DNA of 64,000 bases from a virus (IMGVR_UViG_3300007171_000004:224001-288000), one strand, 5' to 3'; shown: positions 51,918-60,147, counted from the first letter of the stretch. Notes: a model not told the origin generated them from the letters alone. A program made the numbers and translations.

Positions 51918-52435
51918 ATAAAAGACAAATTATTGCTTCATTAAATAATATTGCTAATGAACTGGATAATAATTATTTATATAAAGAAGCTAACACTCTC
52001 ACTAATATTATGATTAAAGTGGCAGATGAATTTAATATCGAACCAAATTCTCAACCTGTAAACAATTCGCCAGAACAATCAAATAATATTCAACAAAATC
52101 AACCTCAGCCTTTTATTAAATTTGATCTTCTTACAACAAAAGGAAATAGTCAATCCTTTACTAAAACAGAGGGATTTACGATTGGAAGACAGGGCGATAT
52201 AGTAACTCCACCCGAAATCAATACAGTTTCAAGACAACATTGTCACATAACAAGAAATAGATATGGGAAATGGGCAGTATATGACCTTGGTAGTAAAGCT
52301 GGCACAAAACTTAATAGAAATCAATTATCACCAAGGGTAGGGCAAGAATTAGAAATTCATGATGGTATATTTCTAGATCCTTGGGTTGTAATTGAAATCA
52401 TGGATATGTATCCTCTTCCAAGTGAAAAAGAATAA
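51914..52435 (+). CDS. MNKRQI-leader FHA-domain protein
   Basis: FTIGRQGD...TVSRQHCHI...VYDLGSKAGTKLN (G-R, S-R-x-H and D-x-x-S-x-x-G-T of FHA). Confidence 0.85.
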   Translation: MNKRQIIASLNNIANELDNNYLYKEANTLTNIMIKVADEFNIEPNSQPVNNSPEQSNNIQQNQPQPFIKFDLLTTKGNSQSFTKTEGFTIGRQGDIVTPPEINTVSRQHCHITRNRYGKWAVYDLGSKAGTKLNRNQLSPRVGQELEIHDGIFLDPWVVIEIMDMYPLPSEKE

Positions 52436-52451
52436 TAAAGAAAGAAAGCAA

Positions 52452-53012
52452 ATGAATAAAAGACAAATTTTAGCATCCCTTAATAAGATTGCAAATACAT
52501 TAGATAATACTGGAATGTATGTTGAAGCTAATTCTGTAACTAAAGTAATGACAAGATTAGCAGATGAATTTAATATCGAAACCCCAGCTGATGAAAGAGA
52601 AAATAAGAGACAAAGAATTATCACTGAAGCTTTAAATACTCAAGTCAGAAAAGATAATTTGCCTAAAACAATGCAATATTATATACCTGGTGGACCTTTA
52701 CTTACTATGAAAGAAATTGCAGATGCTATAATTGAGAAGGCAGATAGAGATGCAGATGCTCTTATTGCTATGCTTAATCGAGGAAAAATGGGTACTGAAG
52801 TAATTGTGCAAAATTCTTTAAAAATGTTGAGTAGTTTCAAAGAGCAATTATTAGATGTATTTAAAATGTATGGTATTCCTTCTGCTCCAGTTTTTTATTA
52901 TATTGACCAAGCACATAAACCAATTATTGCAAAGTTAAATCAAAAAATCAAAGAATACAACGAATACCATGATGAAGATTTGTTTAAAGATGAAGAAAAT
53001 AATCCTACCTAA
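52452..53012 (+). CDS. MNKRQI-leader hypothetical protein
   Basis: MNKRQILASLNKIANTLDNTGMYVEANSVTKVMTRLADEF; start moved to 52452. Confidence 0.8.
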   Translation: MNKRQILASLNKIANTLDNTGMYVEANSVTKVMTRLADEFNIETPADERENKRQRIITEALNTQVRKDNLPKTMQYYIPGGPLLTMKEIADAIIEKADRDADALIAMLNRGKMGTEVIVQNSLKMLSSFKEQLLDVFKMYGIPSAPVFYYIDQAHKPIIAKLNQKIKEYNEYHDEDLFKDEENNPT

Positions 53013-53244
53013 GATTATTCATAAAAGCATCCAATAATCTACAAATCATAATAAAACTAAACATAATATTAGAAAGATATAACCAAGCTAATTTATAACT
53101 CTTGCGATTCTCAATATGATATCGCCAGAAATAATAACCACAAATCCATAAACAAATTAAATACAATAATAATGATAAACCAAACTCAGATGTATAAGCA
53201 AAAAAAGAAAAAGCTAACATCTGAAAAATAAATATTAAAGACAT
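53005..53244 (-). CDS. Small multi-pass membrane protein
   Basis: Three hydrophobic stretches in 79 aa. Confidence 0.6.
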   Translation of the reverse strand: MSLIFIFQMLAFSFFAYTSEFGLSLLLYLICLWICGYYFWRYHIENRKSYKLAWLYLSNIMFSFIMICRLLDAFMNNLR

Positions 53245-53263
53245 ACAAATATTATAAAAGAAG

Positions 53264-53291
53264 AAAGAGAGATCTAAAGATCTCTCTTTTT
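53264..53291. terminator. Hairpin terminator
   Basis: AAAGAGAGATC-TAAA-GATCTCTCTTTT. Confidence 0.6.
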
Positions 53292-53306
53292 ATTTATTAA
53301 CCTAAA

Positions 53307-54323
53307 TTACACATGAGGAAACATTAACAATAACTTGCTTAAATTAAATGCTGCTCTATTTATTTTCATTTGGATCATTGTGGAATTATTTAAAAATTCC
53401 ATCATACTATCATAATATTCTTTACTAATTCTTTTACCTTTAAGAGCTGGAATAAGATCATGAGGATCAGTGTAAAGATTATCCACAATGTGTACTATAT
53501 CAATATAAGAAAACTTACCACCAGGAAGTGATTTGAATTTACTTTTCTTTTCATCCCTTAAGAAAAATTTTAAAGCATTTTCTCTAACTTCTTCATGACT
53601 TGCATCTGGATGGTCTTTAATATATTTCTCTACAAAATTCACTACAATTTTATTCTTTGGATTTTTCTTTATCAAAAATTCTATATGAGGATTTACAACT
53701 TTTGTTTTTAATAAGTTTACACCCGACTTATGCTCATCTTCTCTTGATTCTTCTAAAAAATACTCTACAGCAGATACACCCATGGATAAAGAAGGAATAT
53801 CAATATGACTACGAAGATCTATATGCATTAAAAAATTCAACATTTTAGAAATTGAATTAAATACTGCAAATAAATGAGTAGCTACACCATGCATACCACC
53901 AGAAGCTTTAAAATGCTCTTTAAATATTTTGACACGTAAAGACGAATCCTCAATACCCTCAAGCTGCTTACATACTTCCAATAAATTATATATGTCAGTA
54001 ATTATACCCATTAAACTAAATTGCTTCTTGATTAACAATTGAAGAGGCTTTTGTTGCTCAAAAATTTTAACAACATTAGATAAAATAGGAACTAATTCAT
54101 GAGAAACTTTCAATATCGAATTAGAGAGATTTTTAAATTTTTCAGAATCAGGATCTAAACCACCAAAATGATAAAGTTCATCTAATTTTTCTTTGCTGCC
54201 TTCTAAACCGGATAATAGTTTTTCAGGAACAATTTTAATTCTACCATCCCTTGACTCAACATCAGTCTCAGTAGAATTAAATCCAGATAAGTTTGATAAA
54301 TTTATTGCAATTCTATACCACAT
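53307..54323 (-). CDS. MWYR-leader hypothetical protein
   Basis: MWYRIAIN start; helical body with central hydrophobic segment. Confidence 0.8.
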   Translation of the reverse strand: MWYRIAINLSNLSGFNSTETDVESRDGRIKIVPEKLLSGLEGSKEKLDELYHFGGLDPDSEKFKNLSNSILKVSHELVPILSNVVKIFEQQKPLQLLIKKQFSLMGIITDIYNLLEVCKQLEGIEDSSLRVKIFKEHFKASGGMHGVATHLFAVFNSISKMLNFLMHIDLRSHIDIPSLSMGVSAVEYFLEESREDEHKSGVNLLKTKVVNPHIEFLIKKNPKNKIVVNFVEKYIKDHPDASHEEVRENALKFFLRDEKKSKFKSLPGGKFSYIDIVHIVDNLYTDPHDLIPALKGKRISKEYYDSMMEFLNNSTMIQMKINRAAFNLSKLLLMFPHV

Positions 54324-54431
54324 AAATACATAATTCTATATATTAAATATCAATCCCTAAATAATAAGATAAAAGGACTTAAATGCTTATAAAAGAATTA
54401 ATATAATAAGATCTACATAGGGATTAACAAT

Positions 54432-55100
54432 ATGAATAAAAAACAAATATTAGCTTCTTTGAATAATATAGCTAATAGACTTGATCAAAAATCTGAATAT
54501 GAACAGGCTGATAAGATTACTGGTTTAATGGTGAAAATATCCCAAATGCCCATCAAACAAGCTGGATTCATGGACGTTCTATCAACTATCGGAAGTGGAC
54601 TATATGAAGCTGGCGGAAGTGCTTTACAAGGATTTCAGGGAATTGGCTCAGCATTAGTATCAAACGCAGGAGGAATAGGAGGGGTATTAGCAGGGGGAAT
54701 AACAGGAGGACTAGGAGGAGCAGCAGGAACAGGAGCAGTTGTAAACAATTACCTAAATTCCAAAAACTATCAAAATCACCTTAAAGACAAAGCATACAGA
54801 GAAAAAGATAAAATGCGAGTATATGTTGAAGCTGAAACTCAAAAAATTATTACAGAAATAACAAACCTTATCAAAAATAACAAAAACATAACTCCAGAAG
54901 CTGCAAAACAACAAGCCATAAATAAAGCTCAATCTCATCCATATTTTCAACAAATTAACGCCTACTGCACAACTTATAATAAAATGAGCTTTACTGATAT
55001 TATTGCCACAAAATTCGATTCCTATGTTGCTAAATTATTACCACAGAAAAATATAGCAGTGAAACCTAATGTTTGGGTCCCACCTGTCGAAAAATATTAA
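54432..55100 (+). CDS. MNKKQI-leader protein with glycine-zipper-like hydrophobic segment
   Basis: MNKKQILASLNNIANRLDQKSEYEQADKITGLMVKISQ; GGIGGVLAGGITGGLGGAAGTGAVV. Confidence 0.75.
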   Translation: MNKKQILASLNNIANRLDQKSEYEQADKITGLMVKISQMPIKQAGFMDVLSTIGSGLYEAGGSALQGFQGIGSALVSNAGGIGGVLAGGITGGLGGAAGTGAVVNNYLNSKNYQNHLKDKAYREKDKMRVYVEAETQKIITEITNLIKNNKNITPEAAKQQAINKAQSHPYFQQINAYCTTYNKMSFTDIIATKFDSYVAKLLPQKNIAVKPNVWVPPVEKY

Positions 55101-55102
55101 TC

Positions 55103-55618
55103 TTAACATCTATCCCAAACAACACCACACCCAACTTCATCACAATAAGAACACAATCTATCTAAACATAATAAAACAGACAATGTATCAGAATCATTCC
55201 CCATCTTAATTAATTCTAAAACCCTATCAGACAAATTATTAAAATCTCCCAATAAACTAAATATCTCATCACTTACAATAACATCATGATTATCCCTGAC
55301 AAAATCTACAGGAATCATATCTATAGAAAGTAATAATCTACCATTCAAAAATAAATTCATACCACCATCAAAAAATACAACATCACCAAACTTACTAAAT
55401 TGACTCTTTAAACTACTAACCCTGGCAAACTTAAATAAATCAAAATCGCCAGGCTCATAAAACACAAGATCATCACGCAAAGATTCCAATATTCCACAAA
55501 CATCATCCCCACTACTAAGAGAATATAATGTAGAAGAATTTATCCTAATAACATGATCCGCACGAAATAAATACAATCTATATCTCCAATAAATAATAAA
55601 CACGCAAAGACAAAACAT
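55103..55618 (-). CDS. Hypothetical protein with extreme G/T-skewed coding strand
   Basis: Open frame in a region where the plus strand has almost no G; rich in D/V/L/F/G/S/C. Confidence 0.5.
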   Translation of the reverse strand: MFCLCVFIIYWRYRLYLFRADHVIRINSSTLYSLSSGDDVCGILESLRDDLVFYEPGDFDLFKFARVSSLKSQFSKFGDVVFFDGGMNLFLNGRLLLSIDMIPVDFVRDNHDVIVSDEIFSLLGDFNNLSDRVLELIKMGNDSDTLSVLLCLDRLCSYCDEVGCGVVWDRC

Positions 55619-55799
55619 TACGCATCAACATACCATAATGATCCCCAACAACATCATACACACATAACTTATAAATACCAGATTCATAACTCAAACTATA
55701 ATCATAATCTGTATCACCAAAATTAAACTCCCCTAGAGAAAAATCTAAACCCAATACATAATCAGAATAATTAACCCTAAATATTTCCACATCATTCAT
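55578..55799 (-). CDS. Small hypothetical protein, G/T-skewed
   Basis: MNDVEIFRVNY start; same skew as neighbour. Confidence 0.5.
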   Translation of the reverse strand: MNDVEIFRVNYSDYVLGLDFSLGEFNFGDTDYDYSLSYESGIYKLCVYDVVGDHYGMLMRNVLSLRVYYLLEI

Positions 55800-55800
55800 A

Positions 55801-55970
55801 ATATATACCAAAAGAAAAAGGATGGTTAAATTCTCCAGAAAACAAGAAAATTTTACCACCCCCCCTATAACTCTACAAAAGAACACATCCCATAAAAATT
55901 ATATATATACCGGAAACAAAAGGGATGGTTAAAATTCTAGGAAAACGAAAAAAATATAAGCCCCCCCTAT
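55801..55970. repeat. Imperfect ~68-bp direct repeat, period ~102 bp
   Basis: ATATATACC...GGATGGTTAAA.TTCT..GAAAAC...CCCCCCCTAT at 55801-55868 and 55903-55970. Confidence 0.75.
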
Positions 55971-56219
55971 CGTTCCCCCAGATTCTTGACATGCATATAA
56001 GTGAAAACAATTGTCCATAATAAAAACACAAAGAATAATCCAGACAACAAGATCTTAAAAATAATACTCATAAATAAATTCCCCCAATATGTTTAATAAT
56101 AACACCAAAACAAAAGGCTCCAAATTCTCTGTAAACGATAGGCGGATTTTTAAGGGGGTCGAAAAAAATTGACGGGGGGTGGAACTATTCCTTGGGACTC
56201 CTAAATGTTAAAGTACCCC

Positions 56220-56579
56220 CTAGGTGTTTTTATATATATCCCCTATGAGGTTTATATTATAACATACTAATTGATAGGTTGCAAGGGTAGTTCCATTATC
56301 ATCTTTTAAAAATCCATGACCTAGATAAACATAATTATACTTTCCTAAAGACCAAAGATACTTAGCAACTTCCTCCGACACAATTATTATATCAGACTCC
56401 TCAACATCTGCAAGGTTTTCAACATAATTTATTTCACATTGACGAAATATAATTCCACCAATAGTTTTGTCATTTTTGTTTAAGTTTAATGATGCTTTTT
56501 TGCCAACAGATGGAAATGTTACAAACTGCCCATTTATATTAATAGCAACAGTCTTACCAGTTTTATTTATTATATTCAT
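56220..56579 (-). CDS. Hypothetical phage protein
   Basis: 119-aa ORF, MNIINKTGKTVAI..G..V.FPS.G..A. Confidence 0.7.
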   Translation of the reverse strand: MNIINKTGKTVAININGQFVTFPSVGKKASLNLNKNDKTIGGIIFRQCEINYVENLADVEESDIIIVSEEVAKYLWSLGKYNYVYLGHGFLKDDNGTTLATYQLVCYNINLIGDIYKNT

Positions 56580-56756
56580 TTACCAGTTAACTTTTCAAAA
56601 AATTCTAGGGTCTTTTTATTTTGTGACAGGAGACCAATTAAAAAATATATCATGGCACAAATAAAGAAAACAGCAGTGCATTTAAATAACATAATCATAC
56701 CAGTCCCCCAAATAAATTATATCATACTTATTCGGGGGATTTAACTTTCCTTCTTT

Positions 56757-57062
56757 TTAGATTTCCAGTTTTTTAAGCCTACTGTAACTTGCCTTGGATA
56801 TATTAAGATTAGCAGGTATATCTTTTTCCGAAATTCCCTGTTCTTTCAAATTCTTAACCCTATTCAAAAGGTCTGTGTAATCTTTCTTTGGACGACCTAA
56901 TTGTTTTGTTGAAAATTCTCCACGGTCGATAATTCTAACAGTAGCAACCAGATTATCTTCTTCGTCGTAATAATGCTTAATCTTATCAATATTTGTAACA
57001 TCTGAAAGAATCAATTGGAAGATATCGTTCTCTAAGGCAGATGTTTCAATTTTATACTTCAT
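56757..57062 (-). CDS. Putative DNA-binding protein (GRPK motif plus C-terminal HTH)
   Basis: SD GGAGG(A)AA; LGRPKK, then LKEQGISEKDIPANLNISKASYSRLKK. Confidence 0.65.
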   Translation of the reverse strand: MKYKIETSALENDIFQLILSDVTNIDKIKHYYDEEDNLVATVRIIDRGEFSTKQLGRPKKDYTDLLNRVKNLKEQGISEKDIPANLNISKASYSRLKKLEI

Positions 57063-57140
57063 GACTTTCCTCCCATAAATTATATCAGAAAAGAATACGA
57101 GAGGCAAAAAAATAACCCCTATATTTCAAGGGGCTATGTT

Positions 57141-57410
57141 TTAATCCAATATGTTAGCGAGGCGGTCTTCTTTAGTTTTTACATGACCAGAGAACCAGCC
57201 TGTCCTTCTTGGTTCACTACTTTCAGACAATTCAAGAACCTTAAGCAGATTCTTGTAAGTTTCTTCTTCTCTTTCAATCTGGTATGAAATCTTTGTTGCA
57301 ACGTCAGGATTGGATTTCAACAGGTCGATTTGAATATCCTTAAGTGCAACAATCTGATGACGCTTCGCTACCAGAATCTCTTTCAAACGGTCAGAATTTT
57401 TTGTCTTCAT
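57141..57410 (-). CDS. Small coiled-coil hypothetical protein
   Basis: SD AAGGAG; terminator-like hairpin downstream at about 57108-57137. Confidence 0.75.
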   Translation of the reverse strand: MKTKNSDRLKEILVAKRHQIVALKDIQIDLLKSNPDVATKISYQIEREEETYKNLLKVLELSESSEPRRTGWFSGHVKTKEDRLANILD

Positions 57411-57447
57411 TCTTAACTCCTTGTATGTATCTTATCACAAATATTAA

Positions 57448-57915
57448 ATGACGCAAGCAGAAATAATATCTTTGTTTCCAGATATTATTCATGATACTAT
57501 AAGCCATCACACGAAAGGTTTAGGGGAGATGGTTTTCTACAATAAGGAATGGGAGAATCCACTTTATTGGTTTGACAAGTTGTTGAAATATTCCAATCAT
57601 GCTGAGTTACGTAGTTATGAGCGTGATTTGCCATTAATAGATTTCTTGCCAATAGATTCAAAATTTCTATACAGCACTAGGAAAATAGATGTATATTCTA
57701 TGACTTTTGAAACAACTATTAAAGGCAAGAGGGTGGAAATCGCAATCAACTCTTTAGGTGCTGTAATGACTGTGTATCCTATCATCAACACCATAGCAGA
57801 TAAGTTTCAGTTCAAATATAAGCGGTATCTTGGTGCATTTAAACAGCCTGATGATTATATTCCACCAATCATTACAGAATATGATTTAAACGATGTAGAC
57901 ATGGAGTATTTATAA
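57448..57915 (+). CDS. Hypothetical protein
   Basis: 155-aa ORF followed by a terminator. Confidence 0.7.
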   Translation: MTQAEIISLFPDIIHDTISHHTKGLGEMVFYNKEWENPLYWFDKLLKYSNHAELRSYERDLPLIDFLPIDSKFLYSTRKIDVYSMTFETTIKGKRVEIAINSLGAVMTVYPIINTIADKFQFKYKRYLGAFKQPDDYIPPIITEYDLNDVDMEYL

Positions 57916-57924
57916 GGTAATTTC

Positions 57925-57951
57925 AAAGCAGGGTTTTTACTCTGCTTTTTT
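57925..57951 (+). terminator. Intrinsic terminator
   Basis: AAAGCAG...CTGCTTT followed by a T-run. Confidence 0.65.
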
Positions 57952-57991
57952 ATTTATATAAGAGCAAAAGTTTCCAATTGATGGCAAAGAC

Positions 57992-58028
57992 AAAAAAAAT
58001 CCCCTAGAGTTTTTAAGGCTCTAGGGGA
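57992..58028 (-). terminator. Intrinsic terminator ending the candidate ncRNA transcript
   Basis: Minus strand TCCCCTAGAG-CCTTAAAAA-CTCTAGGGGA-TTTTTTTT. Confidence 0.8.
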
Positions 58029-58072
58029 TAAAGGAGTTACACATGAAACACAAACAGAAACAGGTTTTGAAA

Positions 58073-58346
58073 TGTGGTTGGCTGGAGTTCAACCAGTACG
58101 GAACACAAGGGCAGTTCTTTCGATGGTCTCTGCCTCCGATGGTATTCTTGTCTCATATGAGAGCATAATACCCAACCACATATTATATGCCTTGACATAA
58201 CTGTTTGCGTCAGTCCCTGCCAAGGACAGTAAGAACTTGTGGCTTTTTGACCACCCCAAGGTTGCTACCCTTATTTGAATCTCGCAATAGATTCTAGCCG
58301 TTCTGGATTCTTACTGGTTGAGGGAGGTTCTAGACTCCATCCCTAC
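58073..58346 (-). ncRNA. Candidate structured ncRNA (~275 nt) with tRNA-like 3' domain
   Basis: No ORF of 60 aa or more; own sigma70-type promoter and terminator; many hairpins including 9-bp CAGTAAGAA/TTCTTACTG, 10-bp ATGTGGTTGG/CCAACCACAT, T-arm-like CTGG-TTGAACT-CCAG and a GAAA tetraloop. Confidence 0.6.
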
Positions 58347-58352
58347 ACCAAT

Positions 58353-58381
58353 ATATTACGCCATCTCTAAGTAATCTGCAA
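58353..58381 (-). promoter_or_regulatory. Sigma70-type promoter for the candidate ncRNA
   Basis: TTGCAG-N17-TAATAT. Confidence 0.6.
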
Positions 58382-58403
58382 GGGCTATTTTCATCTATTT
58401 TTT

Positions 58404-58459
58404 GTTATTTGGATCATTCTGTCGGGGGGTTAACCCCCCGAGGACTTGTTTTAAATAAT
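58404..58459. repeat. Symmetric element copy 1
   Basis: GTTATTT-N12-CGGGGGGTTAACCCCCCG(58423-58440)-N12-AAATAAT. Confidence 0.95.
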
Positions 58460-58480
58460 ATTTTTTAGTATAGAATTTGC

Positions 58481-58515
58481 AAAAAAAATCCCCTTCAAGA
58501 TTTAACAAGAAGGGG
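58481..58515 (-). terminator. Intrinsic terminator
   Basis: CCCCTTC...GAAGGGG with A8 run on the plus strand. Confidence 0.7.
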
Positions 58516-58540
58516 TTGGAGGTGAACACCACATTCACAG

Positions 58541-58990
58541 TTATAGTTTACAGGCAATATCTTCTGTTGTCAAGGTGTATTCTGGAAGAAATTCCTTAAC
58601 AAGTTTCCATCCATCTTTTTCGTAAACATTGTAAACTTGCCAGACATTATTAACATACAGATAAAAGTAATCTACACTGGAAGAATATATGTTGTGTAAT
58701 TCATCCATTGAGGTAATTACAGCATCTACGCCATCTTCCCCACGGTCTCTGTTATAGAATACTGTTACACCCTCTTCTGGGTTATCAAAAGTATGTTCAC
58801 CTTCAGGATGTAATTCAGATGTAAGATAACTCATATCACCAAAACTAAGCAATTCATTGATGCTATCTACTGTATTGTAATTTGCAACCAGAGTTTGACC
58901 TACACCATCAGGATATCCATCAAAGTGACAATAAGAATGCTTGATTGTTCCATCATAAAGCATAATACCGATTCTAGCGTGAGTTGACAT
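58541..58990 (-). CDS. Conserved-type phage hypothetical protein (YCHxDGYP motif)
   Basis: MSTHARIGI..DG....YCHFDGYPDGVG..L; SD AAGGAG. Confidence 0.85.
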   Translation of the reverse strand: MSTHARIGIMLYDGTIKHSYCHFDGYPDGVGQTLVANYNTVDSINELLSFGDMSYLTSELHPEGEHTFDNPEEGVTVFYNRDRGEDGVDAVITSMDELHNIYSSSVDYFYLYVNNVWQVYNVYEKDGWKLVKEFLPEYTLTTEDIACKL

Positions 58991-59027
58991 ATTTATCTCC
59001 TTGGATTAAGTATATCACAATTTAAAT

Positions 59028-59348
59028 TTACAGAATGATATATTTAAATTGCTCTTTGCCTTGCCATGCCCGTGAAAGTCCTGCCAATGTCATCCAAACT
59101 AAAGACAAGAAACTAACACCACAGACACAACCTACAAATGTCATAGTATTGTGAATGTTGCCAATCAAAATGTATTCAATCAAACAAGCAATTGGCATTA
59201 CACAAGCAACAGCAAATGATAATAGTACAGAGTATTCAAGCATATTATGAAACACTTTTGGCATATGCTTTGTAATCTGCCAAAATGCGACAAAACCGCC
59301 TGTGTAAAGAAAAACCTGCATTGTTCTATTAATAATCTCTTCGTTCAT
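59028..59348 (-). CDS. Membrane protein with about three TM segments
   Basis: Three hydrophobic stretches; coupled to the upstream gene. Confidence 0.7.
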   Translation of the reverse strand: MNEEIINRTMQVFLYTGGFVAFWQITKHMPKVFHNMLEYSVLLSFAVACVMPIACLIEYILIGNIHNTMTFVGCVCGVSFLSLVWMTLAGLSRAWQGKEQFKYIIL

Positions 59349-59566
59349 CCTGCTATCTCCCATTGTTCAGAAAGTATATCTTCTGCTGTAAACCTATAAC
59401 AAGCCCAGAAACTCATTTCTTCTCCAGTAGACCAAATACATTTAAATCTTAGTTTTGATTCTTCCATCTTAACTAAAATAACAGTAGTGGATTTTGGATT
59501 CCATTTCTTGCTTCTGGTGATTGTTTTACCATCACGCATAAAGGGCAATACTTGTTCAAGTTTCAT
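59345..59566 (-). CDS. Small phage protein (DUF2829-like)
   Basis: MKLEQVL..MRDGK.ITR..W...EDILSEQWEI pattern. Confidence 0.65.
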   Translation of the reverse strand: MKLEQVLPFMRDGKTITRSKKWNPKSTTVILVKMEESKLRFKCIWSTGEEMSFWACYRFTAEDILSEQWEIAG

Positions 59567-59572
59567 ACACCT

Positions 59573-59600
59573 ATATTATCATAAAATATTACTGCGTCAA
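59573..59600 (-). promoter_or_regulatory. Sigma70-type promoter
   Basis: TTGACG-N16-TAATAT with TG just upstream of the -10. Confidence 0.65.
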
Positions 59601-59611
59601 GGATAAAAAAC

Positions 59612-59667
59612 ATTATTTGTTTCCACCTGTCGGGGGGTTAACCCCCCGAAGACTGGAGTTAAATAAT
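59612..59667. repeat. Symmetric element copy 2 (between divergent promoters)
   Basis: ATTATTT-N12-CGGGGGGTTAACCCCCCG(59631-59648)-N12-AAATAAT. Confidence 0.95.
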
Positions 59668-59678
59668 AAAAAAAAGAT

Positions 59679-59706
59679 TTGCATCATATATTATTTTTGA
59701 TATAAT
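59679..59706 (+). promoter_or_regulatory. Sigma70-type promoter with extended -10
   Basis: TTGCAT-N16-TATAAT, TGaTATAAT. Confidence 0.7.
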
Positions 59707-59766
59707 GTATGCATCGTTGAGGTTTAGAACCCTCCTGCGGGGTGAATCGCAGGGCTGGAGGCTGAT

Positions 59767-60147
59767 ATGCGTAACTTGTATGACAAGATGTGTTGCTGGT
59801 GCAAGGGTCACGTTCGTGCGGGCGAGGGTCAGGCTTGGAACTATCGTGGGCGATGGTATGCGGGATGCCCTACCTGCCTTGAGGAGCGTAAAGGTTCTAA
59901 GGCTAAGGCGGATATTCGCATTGAGTATCCATGCGTGATGGCAACGTCCAGTACCAATGTATACGGCGTGTTCAAGTATGACACATACCCTGCAAGTTCG
60001 GTTCTGGCAGGTGCGGAACGGCGTACGTGGCTTGATGAGTTTGCAACGCTTGAGGAGGCTATTAAGGCTTACCCTAAGGCAACCAAGCACTGTGGTCCCG
60101 GCTACCATGAAGACAACTACGAGTGGCTCTCTGAGGAGGAGGACTAA
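59767..60147 (+). CDS. GC-rich hypothetical protein with CxxC...CxxC zinc-ribbon-like N-terminus
   Basis: SD GGAGG; CCWC...CPTC; 30/60 and 37/60 G+C in 59761-59880. Confidence 0.8.
   Translation: MRNLYDKMCCWCKGHVRAGEGQAWNYRGRWYAGCPTCLEERKGSKAKADIRIEYPCVMATSSTNVYGVFKYDTYPASSVLAGAERRTWLDEFATLEEAIKAYPKATKHCGPGYHEDNYEWLSEEED

Noticed and set aside
56100-56220. G-quadruplex at the skew junction
   Set aside because: There are fewer than four closely spaced G3+ runs on either strand, so a stable G4 is not supported.
58073-58179. Canonical tRNA or tmRNA gene
   Set aside because: 107 nt with no 7-nt anticodon loop, an oversized D-like arm, G at the position of the T-loop C56 and no encoded CCA. It is too short and lacks a tag ORF for tmRNA. 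Kept as a tRNA-like ncRNA candidate.
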